Positions 20,501 through 28,596 of a stretch of 64,000 nucleotides of DNA are shown one piece after another (position 1 is the stretch's first letter; each line of letters starts with the position of its first letter). The position numbers were made by a program, and so were the translations under genes. The DNA comes from Methanobacteriota archaeon. GTDB taxonomy: Archaea > Thermoplasmatota > Thermoplasmata > Methanomassiliicoccales > Methanomethylophilaceae. The stretch is taken from contig JAEXCH010000010.1 in the NCBI GenBank assembly GCA_023402275.1, forward strand, positions 3,842 through 67,841, read 5' to 3'. Under the pieces are notes generated by a model. It was given only the letters and a program-made list of their open reading frames with translations, did not search any database and was not told where the DNA came from.

Positions 20501-21633
20501 AGGACCTTGATATCAGGAACGTTCAATGATCCAGTTCTTCCGCTGAACAGATACCTCTGGCGATCAACGTCCGATCCGTTATCCCTGAGAACACGTTCGA
20601 TGTAAGGGGCGGCAGAGAATTCGTTCCTTTTCGTGAAGAATCCCTTTAGGGAATCCCATGCGTTCAGCAGATCATCCATGAATCCGTCCATCTTATCTAT
20701 CAACAGATTCCCGTAAAGATAATCGAACCATCTCAGGACCAGATCGTCAGATATGGAAATAAGGGCTTGAGAATATACTGCAGAGAGATCGATATCGAGG
20801 TATCCGTCATTGGATACCAGAATGTCTGCCATGTCCACCCTTTCCATATCATTGAAATATCCATCCGATGAACGGAATGCTAGCATCTCTATCAATTTTA
20901 GTGAACTGTCATAGGAAGACCTTACATCATCAGGTGTGATTATCGACATGGTCCCCATGCTTCCGTACTCGCTAAGCGCACCGTATCCGTTCAGCACCCT
21001 GTACTGAGCAAGGGATGATAGTTGGTAGGTCATGATCTGAGATAATGCCGATCCGCTGCCGGATGTCATGTTCTCGAAAAGCGATCCCTGTTCGACCACA
21101 AGAGGCAAAGCACATGTTCCGTCAGAGGATATCTCGACAGTTCTCACAGAGGTCCCGGAACCGGATATGAATTTCGCAGTATAGTGGCCTGTTGCTTTCA
21201 GATAGGTCGGGGTCGAACCCTCCATGAAAATATCCGATGAGGTCATCTTTAGGGATTCTGTTGTAAGGTCGAAATCAAAATCACTGATGGTTATGTCGAC
21301 ACCTTTGTTCATCGATGGGAACTTTGCAGTGATCCATTTCGATGACCGTTCCTTGAAAAGGTCCGCCCGATCTTTCAGTTTACCTGCATCAGGGTCAGTG
21401 CTGATATCGAAGATGATCTCCCCCAGACCTCTTTCTATCGATGTCTTGGTCTCAACCATTGCATTATCTAACGAGTCAAGTTCTGTGACCATATTCTCTA
21501 TTGCTTCTTCACTCTCGTCAACTTGTGTGATCATAACACCGTACGCTGAACCGATTATCAGCAGAACAACTCCGATCACAGCGAACGGCATCTGCCCCTT
21601 CCTTGATCCTCTAAGACTCTTCGAACATCTCAT
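17572..21633 (-). CDS. Giant (1353 aa) membrane-anchored or secreted protein with a lamin-tail domain (LTD)
   Basis: N-terminal hydrophobic segment FAVIGVVLLIIGSAYGV. LTD signature ILINEFELNPPGEDRDNEWIEIYNATKSKVDLKGYTI...DYTWQRV near aa 1000-1120. I recognise nothing in the rest. The alternative start M15 (21591) has a better SD-like GGAAGGGG. Confidence 0.7.
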   Translation of the reverse strand: MRCSKSLRGSRKGQMPFAVIGVVLLIIGSAYGVMITQVDESEEAIENMVTELDSLDNAMVETKTSIERGLGEIIFDISTDPDAGKLKDRADLFKERSSKWITAKFPSMNKGVDITISDFDFDLTTESLKMTSSDIFMEGSTPTYLKATGHYTAKFISGSGTSVRTVEISSDGTCALPLVVEQGSLFENMTSGSGSALSQIMTYQLSSLAQYRVLNGYGALSEYGSMGTMSIITPDDVRSSYDSSLKLIEMLAFRSSDGYFNDMERVDMADILVSNDGYLDIDLSAVYSQALISISDDLVLRWFDYLYGNLLIDKMDGFMDDLLNAWDSLKGFFTKRNEFSAAPYIERVLRDNGSDVDRQRYLFSGRTGSLNVPDIKVLVNNETITLPASSISIQYPSVDLMSWDGISNFKSDHREETNEIREWIRNVINSAAVGIASNRSLGTISLHIDADDDESLMDAICKAVEGALSKGNEEIEKKMESAIREQNISDPFYASIFRVISNAYVDIYGIPSFINNVRTSVEDSILASFKENSITLKDQDLKKIIENIMESNDVRGFIREYELAVQDCVEQLAALERVPGGQPGIIKDISRALLTKDILLLGVGTNVPDRILTLCQESRDNMNINGYNGTIDLPTTDEFILTDRDGSIYTEKLNISYTSSPAISVKGPKDNLSDCIHYVGFNENTGASYATAFSIKITDKLEHTITSSGIIESAIGISDSSYRGSSDIDIELKIVVASGWGLSGVKGYTPSNTLLDDAWNVLLDLLSPILEPLRKLMSMIMDALSILNSALIEFSKYVASVVERLYNALIIPLETIGDFIENNLNELFNYAMEKAVDAVQWIVDMNMSKQTIGFSFMGFTVTFTTKLSTLVNNTKTLLTVTMSCVVDKLTVSGSLTVKQKGSGSSKEMILTGNAGIKGEDWEVSADIDPLMRSTKHMISMTGSVKGVAFDILLPDLVQYKHLEFSLSDVPAIGSMLSNIPLPIPGAKASIDAGVNLKYNIPFETGILINEFELNPPGEDRDNEWIEIYNATKSKVDLKGYTIHAGSNPKTKVHVIEELILSPGQREVIHLPGAFLNNSGSSLLSAGECVILRAPDGKEVDKTPAKKDSKNDDYTWQRVADGAIDWTFAKGTPGTGNCGGLVSGEMVKTQMLKILKDSAVKTMGEMKALKSTGDLSAFFQAAIHHAITSGIEMLAGCLVEASIFVSLEIKDATSTMCSGIRIALFIDSGFVEEGLKYLVGEIESILLNIENPYGLRPKEVLTDNLYLGVMVYTGITSPNFLKNMDSYPNVKIGIHMNSNMSGLCRMIGSDTGEWKVTAGVIIIDCPSAVIPTPLKVDATGESDLWLLRATFRSA

Positions 21634-21778
21634 GGTATTCCATTCCCTACCATGTCGAGGTTCGGGAGGTCTGATATAAAGTGAGAGTTACAGTTAATGC
21701 CGTAACACGTATACTGGGATATGCGTACATTAAAAAAGGAAGTATTATAAGTACTGAGTAAATCACAGGCTTGGTACC

Positions 21779-23410
21779 ATGACTTCAACTATGCAGAACT
21801 ATGCAGTCAAGAAGGGACTTCCGAAGGAGACGAAATCCGTCTGCCCGGAATGCGGGAAGATCCTTGATGCAACCTTGTTCGACAAGGATGGCAAGGTCTT
21901 CATGGACAAAACCTGTCCAGAACACGGAAAATTCTGTGACGTTTACTGGTCCGATACCGAGCTTTTCCTCAAAGCAGAGGATTTTGCTCACGATGGTATA
22001 GGACTCCGAAATCCTATGGATAAGAACCTGAAGGATGGAGAGAACGTCCATGTATTCATCGATGGCCAGAGGGTGGATATGCTCACATGCTCCGCTCTTG
22101 CGAACATCGATCTCACCAACAGATGCAACATGAACTGCCCTATATGTTTCGCCAACGCGAACCATCAGGGATACATATACGAACCGGATGTAGCGACCAT
22201 AATAAGAATGTTGGATGCACTCAGGGCTGAAGAGCCTATAAAATGTACCGCTGTACAATTCTCCGGCGGAGAACCCACGATACACCCCGATTTCGTTGAG
22301 ATAGTAAGGGCAGCAAAAGAAAGACACTTCGCACAGGTACAAGTTGCCACGAATGGAATAGATTTTGCGAAGAAGTATGATTTCCTAAAAGCGTCCTCAC
22401 AGGCAGGACTCAACACAATATACCTATCATTCGATGGTGTCAGCGATGACATCTACCTCCAGGCAAGGGACAGGAAGATGTTCCAAGTGAAACTGGATGT
22501 AATAGCGAACTGCAGGAAACTGAAGGAGGAGACAGGAAAGTGCCCCTCAATCGTTTTAGTTCCTACGGTCGTCAAAGGAATGAACGACCATCAGATCGGC
22601 GATATGGTCAAGTTCGCATTCGATAATGCGGATGTTGTCCGCGGAATAAACTTCCAGCCTGTGGCGTTCACCGGAAGGATAACGAACGAAGAGTTATCGG
22701 AGGGGAGATTCACCCTTCCCGACCTGGTGAAGGCATTCCAGGAGCAGACCGGGTACACAACAAAAGATGATTGGTATCCAGTACCTGTGGTCGCACCCAT
22801 ATCGGATTTCGCGTCGATAATACTCGGCCAGAACAAGGTAACGTTCACAACACACCCTCACTGCGGAATAGCGACATACGTCTTCATGGACGACAAAGGT
22901 GTGGTGACCCCATTCCCCAGATTCATCAAGGTGAAGGAATTCACAGAGGGTCTGGCAGAGATATCCTCGAAGGCTAGCAACGCAAGATTCAAGAAACTGT
23001 ACGTGGCAAAGCTCCTCAAACTGCTGAACAGGTCCATAATCGAGGAGAACCTCCCCGGAGGGGTCACGAAGAAACAGTTCGTGAACATGATGGCAAGCAT
23101 CATGAGCAACAAATCAAAGAAGGCACTGGCATCTTTCTCATGGAAGATGATGTTCTTCGGCGGAATGCACTTCCAGGATTCATTCAATTATGATGTGGAG
23201 AGGGTAAGACGCTGCGGTGTTCACTATATAACACCGGATTGTCAGATAATACCGTTCTGTGCATACAACGGCGGTCCGGAGTACCGTGACGCCATAGAGA
23301 AGAAGTTCTCGATCCCTCTCGATGAGTGGAAGAAGAACAACAAGAAAGGGGCAGAGGAACTTGAGGCTGCAATGATCGTCCCGGATGAGTTGAAGCCCGA
23401 TTCGCCCTGA
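21779..23410 (+). CDS. tes: Radical SAM protein, tetraether lipid synthase (Tes / GDGT-MAS) family
   Basis: N-terminal zinc-ribbon-like CPECG...CPEHG; radical SAM CNMNCPIC; 543 aa. Sits directly upstream of ferredoxin and geranylgeranyl reductase genes. Confidence 0.6.
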   Translation: MTSTMQNYAVKKGLPKETKSVCPECGKILDATLFDKDGKVFMDKTCPEHGKFCDVYWSDTELFLKAEDFAHDGIGLRNPMDKNLKDGENVHVFIDGQRVDMLTCSALANIDLTNRCNMNCPICFANANHQGYIYEPDVATIIRMLDALRAEEPIKCTAVQFSGGEPTIHPDFVEIVRAAKERHFAQVQVATNGIDFAKKYDFLKASSQAGLNTIYLSFDGVSDDIYLQARDRKMFQVKLDVIANCRKLKEETGKCPSIVLVPTVVKGMNDHQIGDMVKFAFDNADVVRGINFQPVAFTGRITNEELSEGRFTLPDLVKAFQEQTGYTTKDDWYPVPVVAPISDFASIILGQNKVTFTTHPHCGIATYVFMDDKGVVTPFPRFIKVKEFTEGLAEISSKASNARFKKLYVAKLLKLLNRSIIEENLPGGVTKKQFVNMMASIMSNKSKKALASFSWKMMFFGGMHFQDSFNYDVERVRRCGVHYITPDCQIIPFCAYNGGPEYRDAIEKKFSIPLDEWKKNNKKGAEELEAAMIVPDELKPDSP

Positions 23411-23422
23411 GGTGGAGTTTAA

Positions 23423-23596
23423 ATGAAAGTAAACGTAGACAAGTGTTTGCATTGCGGAGGATGCGCAGGCTCATGTCCGGTCAATGCAATATTCATGAAC
23501 GATTTCGTTATTGAATTCAACAGTAAATGTACAAAGTGCGGAAGATGCGTCAAGATCTGTCCGGTCCATGCAATATCGATGGAGGCAGCAGAATGA
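23423..23596 (+). CDS. Small 2x[4Fe-4S] ferredoxin (57 aa), absent from the ORF track
   Basis: Translated by hand: MKVNVDKCLHCGGCAGSCPVNAIFMNDFVIEFNSKCTKCGRCVKICPVHAISMEAAE. It has two CxxCxxCxxxCP motifs. GGTGGAG lies upstream, and its stop overlaps the next ATG (ATGA). Confidence 0.8.
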   Translation: MKVNVDKCLHCGGCAGSCPVNAIFMNDFVIEFNSKCTKCGRCVKICPVHAISMEAAE

Positions 23597-24783
23597 AGAC
23601 ATACACATGTGATGTTGTTGTCGTTGGAGCAGGTCCTGGCGGAAGCATGGCAGCGAAATTCTGTGCACAGGGCGGGCTCGATACGATAATGATCGAGAAG
23701 AAGGCCGAGATCGGTGCACCGCTAAGGTGTGCCGAAGGTGTATCCAAGAAATGGTTGGAAGAGGTTGGAATAGTGCCCGATCCGGCATGGATATGCGCGG
23801 ACATGGCCGGAGCGGTGATAAGGTCACCGAGCGGACACGAGTTCAAGCTCGATGAGAAGCACGCCGGTAATGAGGTCGGATATGTTCTGGAGAGACACCT
23901 CTTCGACAAGGCACTCGCAAGGGATGCCGCAGAAGCAGGTTCGAAGATAATGATGCGTACCTCCTGTACCGATGTAATCAGAGAGAACGGAAAACTCGTC
24001 GGTATACGTGCCAAGAGCATGGGAGAGGATATCGAGATACGTGCAAAGGCAATAATCGCCGCTGACGGTTTCGAATCCCAGGTAGGAAGATGGGCAGGCA
24101 TAGACACCAAGTTGGGACTGAATGATATCGATTCATGCATCCAGTACAGAATGGTCAATGCAGATGTCGATCCCGAGTACTGCGAGTTCAATATCGGTAC
24201 CGATACCGCACCCGGAGGATATCTTTGGATATTCCCCAAGGGTAACGGCGTCGCAAATGTAGGAATAGGCGTCATGGCAAAACTCTGTAACAATGCAGAT
24301 CCCAAGAAGTTCCTTGACAAATTCATAGCCGAGGACCCGAGATTCAAGAACAGCCAGGCTGTCGAGATCGTCGGAGGAATGGTATCAACATGCCCAGGTC
24401 TTGACTGCGCTGTGGATGACAACATAATACTTGTCGGAGATGCAGCAAGGATCATAGACCCGATAACCGGCGGAGGAATATGCCATGCATGCAGGACCGG
24501 GATGTACGCAGGAAAGGTACTTACCGAGTGTGCGATAAGAGGCGACTTCTCCAAGGAAGCATTGATGCCCTATGAGAAGATGTGGCGTGACAGGATGGAG
24601 GATAAGCTCTACAGGAACTGGATGGCAAAGGAAAGGCTCGCAGAGCTTGACAATGACACCATTGATAAGCTTATACTGCTGATATCCGACTCTGACATAA
24701 AAGAGGTCAATGTCTATAACCTCCTGAAGGTCATAAAAGAGAAGTTCCCCAAGGTCGTCGAAGGCTTTGAGGACCTGATCTGA
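23593..24783 (+). CDS. Geranylgeranyl reductase family (digeranylgeranylglycerophospholipid reductase)
   Basis: FAD fold VVVVGAGPGGSMAA, later GDAAR. I prefer ATG 23593 (MKTYTCDVVVVG), coupled to the ferredoxin stop, over the 23527 start in the ORF track. Confidence 0.85.
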   Translation: MKTYTCDVVVVGAGPGGSMAAKFCAQGGLDTIMIEKKAEIGAPLRCAEGVSKKWLEEVGIVPDPAWICADMAGAVIRSPSGHEFKLDEKHAGNEVGYVLERHLFDKALARDAAEAGSKIMMRTSCTDVIRENGKLVGIRAKSMGEDIEIRAKAIIAADGFESQVGRWAGIDTKLGLNDIDSCIQYRMVNADVDPEYCEFNIGTDTAPGGYLWIFPKGNGVANVGIGVMAKLCNNADPKKFLDKFIAEDPRFKNSQAVEIVGGMVSTCPGLDCAVDDNIILVGDAARIIDPITGGGICHACRTGMYAGKVLTECAIRGDFSKEALMPYEKMWRDRMEDKLYRNWMAKERLAELDNDTIDKLILLISDSDIKEVNVYNLLKVIKEKFPKVVEGFEDLI

Positions 24784-24787
24784 AAAC

Positions 24788-24810
24788 GTGGCTTCGGCCA
24801 CTTTCATTTT
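24788..24810. terminator. Hairpin plus T-tract between the convergent reductase and mvk genes
   Basis: gtggc-ttcg-gccac (24788-24801) followed by tttcattttt. It overlaps the mvk stop region. Confidence 0.35.
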
Positions 24811-25754
24811 TCTTCTATCTTTGTAGATACCTTCACTCCATCGACACCCGTCTTAACAATGAAAGGCAGGCCGCCGCGTGATGATATCGCATCACATACC
24901 TTTTCAGGATCATCAGTGAGGGCCACCATGCACCCTCCCCCTCCGGAACCTGTCAGCTTTGCGCCGTATGAATATGGCAGGGAGACGTTGACAAGTTTGT
25001 TCAGTTCGTTGCTTGAGACACCTAGTATCGATAAAAGCTTATGATCCTTGGTCATCAATTCCCCGAGACCTACGACATCGTTCGATCCTATGGATATCAT
25101 CCCGTCCAGGGTTATCTGGCCGATCTCATCCACCATGTCGGAAGCGAATCTGTTCCCGTCCTTGTATTTACGGACCTTCTCCACAAGCGGTCCTGTTGCG
25201 GCCCTTATCCCTGTGTATCCTATGACGAATGTCATTGTCGGCACATCTATCTTGGAGATGTTCCATGTATTCTCGTTCTTTGTTATGTCCCAAAGATGAT
25301 CCTCTTCATTTGCCGGTATGTTCAGGGCTATGCCGTGACCATAGGTGGAGGCGGAGGTATCCATGGGACTTCCTCTGCCTTGACTGTAATATTCCGCTTC
25401 AAAGGATTCCTTGGCTATCTCCTTGGGATCCAATGATTTGTTGTTCAGTGCTCTCATGGCGGCGGAGAATGCTACCGAGAGCGCAGCCGATGATCCCAGG
25501 CCGGACCCTGTGGGTATCTTGCTGTCCATGTGAACGGAAACAGGGAGCATGTCGTTGTTGTTCGATATGTATCGCAGATGAGGATTCGCCCTGATATCCA
25601 CGATCTCGTTGTTAATCTTGAATTCATCGGACCTCTTTACCTTGAGGTAGAATCTCCTGTTTATGGCCAGGGCTATTGCCGGTTTACCATAGACCACAGC
25701 ATGCTCGCCCAGTATGACGAATTTGCCCGGTGCGGAGGCCGAGATATCGTTCAT
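24804..25754 (-). CDS. mvk: Mevalonate kinase
   Basis: APGKFVILGEHAVVYG and the GHMP motif PTGSGLGSSAA. Confidence 0.85.
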   Translation of the reverse strand: MNDISASAPGKFVILGEHAVVYGKPAIALAINRRFYLKVKRSDEFKINNEIVDIRANPHLRYISNNNDMLPVSVHMDSKIPTGSGLGSSAALSVAFSAAMRALNNKSLDPKEIAKESFEAEYYSQGRGSPMDTSASTYGHGIALNIPANEEDHLWDITKNENTWNISKIDVPTMTFVIGYTGIRAATGPLVEKVRKYKDGNRFASDMVDEIGQITLDGMISIGSNDVVGLGELMTKDHKLLSILGVSSNELNKLVNVSLPYSYGAKLTGSGGGGCMVALTDDPEKVCDAISSRGGLPFIVKTGVDGVKVSTKIEEK

Positions 25755-26278
25755 TCTGTCAATCCGTATTTGGAGAGGGTCTCTCTTATAGCATCGTTCG
25801 GTGTCCTTTTCTCAAGAAGGGGCTGAGGGATGTCCCACCATCTCTCCTCGAATTCCAGAACAGCGTTCTCATACGCTTCCTCATCCGGGAAATCCTCTAT
25901 CTTGATTCCCATCAGTGCCTGCTGGTGCTCTTTGAAAAGATCCACTTTGAATCTCTTGTTCGTCAGGGAGACCCCAAGGAACATGTCGAAATAGAAGGTG
26001 ACATCAAGGCCCAGATCTATGGGATTGGAGTCGCTGATCATATCAAGTATGCTGTTGGCGGTCATGCTGAAGATAATCTTGCGTTTTGCCTCCTCTGGTA
26101 TGTCCATGTTGTCCACTTCCTCCATGAGCTCGTTGTACCAGAGATCTGAAAGGGCATTGACTCTTTCAGGGGTCTTCTCATAGAGCTGTCTGTGGGCCAT
26201 CTCATCTTGGGACTGTTCGTCATCGCTCATCCCGAATAGGTCTGCGTTTGGGTCATCAAAGTTTATTCTCTCATCCAT
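25751..26278 (-). CDS. Hypothetical acidic protein
   Basis: 175-aa ORF. Its 3' end overlaps the mvk start by 4 nt, and it starts 5 nt downstream of the aminotransferase stop on the same strand. No motif recognised. Confidence 0.5.
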   Translation of the reverse strand: MDERINFDDPNADLFGMSDDEQSQDEMAHRQLYEKTPERVNALSDLWYNELMEEVDNMDIPEEAKRKIIFSMTANSILDMISDSNPIDLGLDVTFYFDMFLGVSLTNKRFKVDLFKEHQQALMGIKIEDFPDEEAYENAVLEFEERWWDIPQPLLEKRTPNDAIRETLSKYGLTE

Positions 26279-26282
26279 TTGA

Positions 26283-27407
26283 TCATCTCAGTTTCTTCAT
26301 TGTGTCAGCCAATATGTCCATTCCGGCATTGATCTTAGACTCATCGGCCGCGTATGAGAATCTAAGATGCCCTTCACCGTATTTTCCAAAGGATGATCCC
26401 GGTGTACAGATCAATCCGTTCTTGACAAGTTCGTTAGCAAGGTTCACGGATGTCATCTTAAGATCGAAGGAAGGGAATGCGTAGAACGATCCCTTAGGAG
26501 GCATCATGCTCATTCCCTCTATCTCGCTGATCCTATTATAGATAAGGTCCCTTCTTCCCTTGAATACCTTCCTTGCGTTATCCAGATAGGGGTCCATAAC
26601 AGGTAATGCGTTAAGTATCCCGAACTGTGCGGGCATGTTGGGGCTGGCACAGAGGTGGTACTGCATCTTTATCAGATCGTTCATGATCTCCGTATCCGAA
26701 CATATGAGTCCCATTCTCCATCCCGTGACGGCCATCATCTTCGAGAATCCGTTGATGACTATTGACCGATCAAGATGTGGCATGAAGGAGCGGTGTTCTC
26801 CCTCGTAGATATAAGCGTCATAGACCTCGTCGGAAAGGATCATTATTTCCTTATCCTCGGCAAGGTCCAATATCGCTTTGTAGGTCTGTTCATCAAGAAC
26901 TCCGCCTGTGGGATTGGAAGGACTGTTAACTACTATCATCTTAGTCCTTTCCGTGATAAGGGATTGAATATCATCCATATCCGGTTGGAACTCCCCATCT
27001 GTCAATCTGTATTCGACAGGGACACCCCCTGCAAGCTGGGTATGAGGCGAATAAATGACAAATCCAGGACTTGGGACAAGGACCTCATCTCCCGGGTCTA
27101 TAAATGCTTGTGTCGCTTCCAACAATGCAGAGGATCCGCTTGGCGTGATCATTATATTATCGGAAGTAAGCTCAGCATATCTGGAGAACCATTTAGCAAC
27201 AGCTTCCCTCAGTTCGATTATCCCCGGGGTAGGTCCGTATTTGTTCAGACCTTCCGATGCTGCCTTGTTCATTCCTTGAATGGCCTCCTTCGGAGGGTCC
27301 AGGTCCGGTTCCCCAAGACCAAGATTGATCGAATTCGGACCGGCAAGATCGAACATCTTCCTTATGCCTGACATGGGAATGGACCCAAGTCTGTCTGACA
27401 CCTTCAT
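26283..27407 (-). CDS. Class I/II pyridoxal-phosphate aminotransferase (aspartate aminotransferase-like)
   Basis: LGLGEPD, SPSNPTGG, and the PLP-lysine motif FSKMMAVTGWRMG. Confidence 0.85.
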   Translation of the reverse strand: MKVSDRLGSIPMSGIRKMFDLAGPNSINLGLGEPDLDPPKEAIQGMNKAASEGLNKYGPTPGIIELREAVAKWFSRYAELTSDNIMITPSGSSALLEATQAFIDPGDEVLVPSPGFVIYSPHTQLAGGVPVEYRLTDGEFQPDMDDIQSLITERTKMIVVNSPSNPTGGVLDEQTYKAILDLAEDKEIMILSDEVYDAYIYEGEHRSFMPHLDRSIVINGFSKMMAVTGWRMGLICSDTEIMNDLIKMQYHLCASPNMPAQFGILNALPVMDPYLDNARKVFKGRRDLIYNRISEIEGMSMMPPKGSFYAFPSFDLKMTSVNLANELVKNGLICTPGSSFGKYGEGHLRFSYAADESKINAGMDILADTMKKLR

Positions 27408-27661
27408 AAGGGGGTTATCTACTGCATATTATATTGTTTTATTTCGGGACTTCCATGAAACCATCGCTTTGATCAGATAATGATAATGATGTGTTAGGTT
27501 CAGTCATAAGGTGTTGGCAGGCGATGGGGGGTTCATCTGAAAAATCATTTCACCTCCGGGCGGATCGATCTAACAAGAAACTGTTACGTCCAAGGATGGG
27601 ATGGGCGTGACGGTCAGAATGGCCATCGCCGGCACGATAAGCTGGCAAGAAGCATAAAGGT

Positions 27662-28108
27662 TTGTTGCGGATAATGGGTGCGGCCGTTATACCTGAGTAC
27701 AGTTGTAGGAAGGACAATCACATTTTCTTATATCAACAGAAGATGACTTTGCTGGTATTGAGGCAGGAAGAATCGGTATCGTATGAGAGATTCTGTGAGA
27801 AACTGGACTCTTATCCCGTGATGATCGAATTGTTGGGTCTGGAGCGTGTCCCTCATCCTGCCACCTTATCGAAATTCTCCAGTATAATTGAACATGAATA
27901 TCTTGATCTTGTTATTACGTGTTTCTATCTCGCCGTAAGGAATGAGGGGCCGATAGCATCATTGGACAGCACAGGACTGTCCGTTTCGTCAGCTTCCAAA
28001 CACATTCTTAGGAGAATTAAACAAATTGGATCATCTACCGATGAAAAGACATCCGTAGTAAGAGGGTTCGTAAAGCATCCTTTATTTGTGAGGTCGAGAC
28101 CAACATGA
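27662..28108 (+). CDS. IS5-like DDE transposase, N-terminal part (first catalytic D)
   Basis: HPATLSKF helix-turn-helix-like region and DSTGLSV. Confidence 0.65.
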   Translation: MLRIMGAAVIPEYSCRKDNHIFLYQQKMTLLVLRQEESVSYERFCEKLDSYPVMIELLGLERVPHPATLSKFSSIIEHEYLDLVITCFYLAVRNEGPIASLDSTGLSVSSASKHILRRIKQIGSSTDEKTSVVRGFVKHPLFVRSRPT

Positions 28109-28566
28109 TACTGTCTGCGGACCTACTGACGAAGAGTGTTCATGATATCATGATCGGAAAGAGAACGGTGGAAAGACTGTCATCAGCGGATATGAGAGTA
28201 TCATATCTGACCGCAGACAAAGAGTATGATTCCGAAGGGTTCTACATAATTGTGAAAGAATGTCTGGGTGATGTGTCCCTCATACCACCCAGGAATACGG
28301 CTGAGAGAAAACATGACAACGAAATAAGAAGGACGAAAGAAAAGAGCAGATCGGGATCAAAATGTATGCCTGGTGATCTCCTGTACAAGAACATCTATCA
28401 CAAATGGGACAACTCAGAAAGTACCAACTTATCCTTCAAGCGCATATTTGGAGAGAATATACTCTCACATAAGGAGCACTCGAAATGCTCAGAGGCATTG
28501 TTCAGAGTGATAGCGTATAACTTGGAACATGTGGATAGATTAGGGTTCACAGGGGAATTCACCTGA
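28105..28566 (+). CDS. IS5-like DDE transposase, C-terminal part (second D and E)
   Basis: LTADKEYDSEGF and a distal E region. It lies in the -1 frame relative to 27662..28108, and this frame is already open and homologous from about 28089. Confidence 0.65.
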   Translation: MILSADLLTKSVHDIMIGKRTVERLSSADMRVSYLTADKEYDSEGFYIIVKECLGDVSLIPPRNTAERKHDNEIRRTKEKSRSGSKCMPGDLLYKNIYHKWDNSESTNLSFKRIFGENILSHKEHSKCSEALFRVIAYNLEHVDRLGFTGEFT

Positions 28567-28596
28567 GGGATGGTTTCATAGAAGCCGAGTTAATAT

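Larger units (their letters stand above)
27450..28584 (+). mobile_element. IS5-like insertion sequence, copy 1 (about 1.1 kb)
   Basis: Terminal inverted repeats: cttccatgaaaccatcgct (27450-27468) matches the reverse complement of 28566-28584 (cttctatgaaaccatccct) at 17 of 19 positions. Encloses a DDE transposase split into two ORFs. Confidence 0.7.

Noticed and set aside
23527-23592. Upstream start for the geranylgeranyl reductase gene.
   Set aside because: This region encodes the C-terminal half of the ferredoxin in another frame. The reductase Rossmann fold begins right after ATG 23593.
23550-24554. 334-aa ORF antisense to the geranylgeranyl reductase gene.
   Set aside because: Shadow ORF opposite a gene with FAD-binding motifs. 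No motifs of its own.
27481-27545. C/D-box sRNA-like pattern (aatgatgt ... ctga).
   Set aside because: The C box is imperfect, there are no convincing D' or C' boxes or terminal stem, and the pattern lies inside the IS leader.
28081-28090. Programmed -1 ribosomal frameshift joining the two transposase ORFs of IS copy 1.
   Set aside because: The tract tttatttg does not fit an X XXY YYZ slippery heptamer, and the sister copy encodes the transposase in a single frame. A frameshift mutation is more likely.
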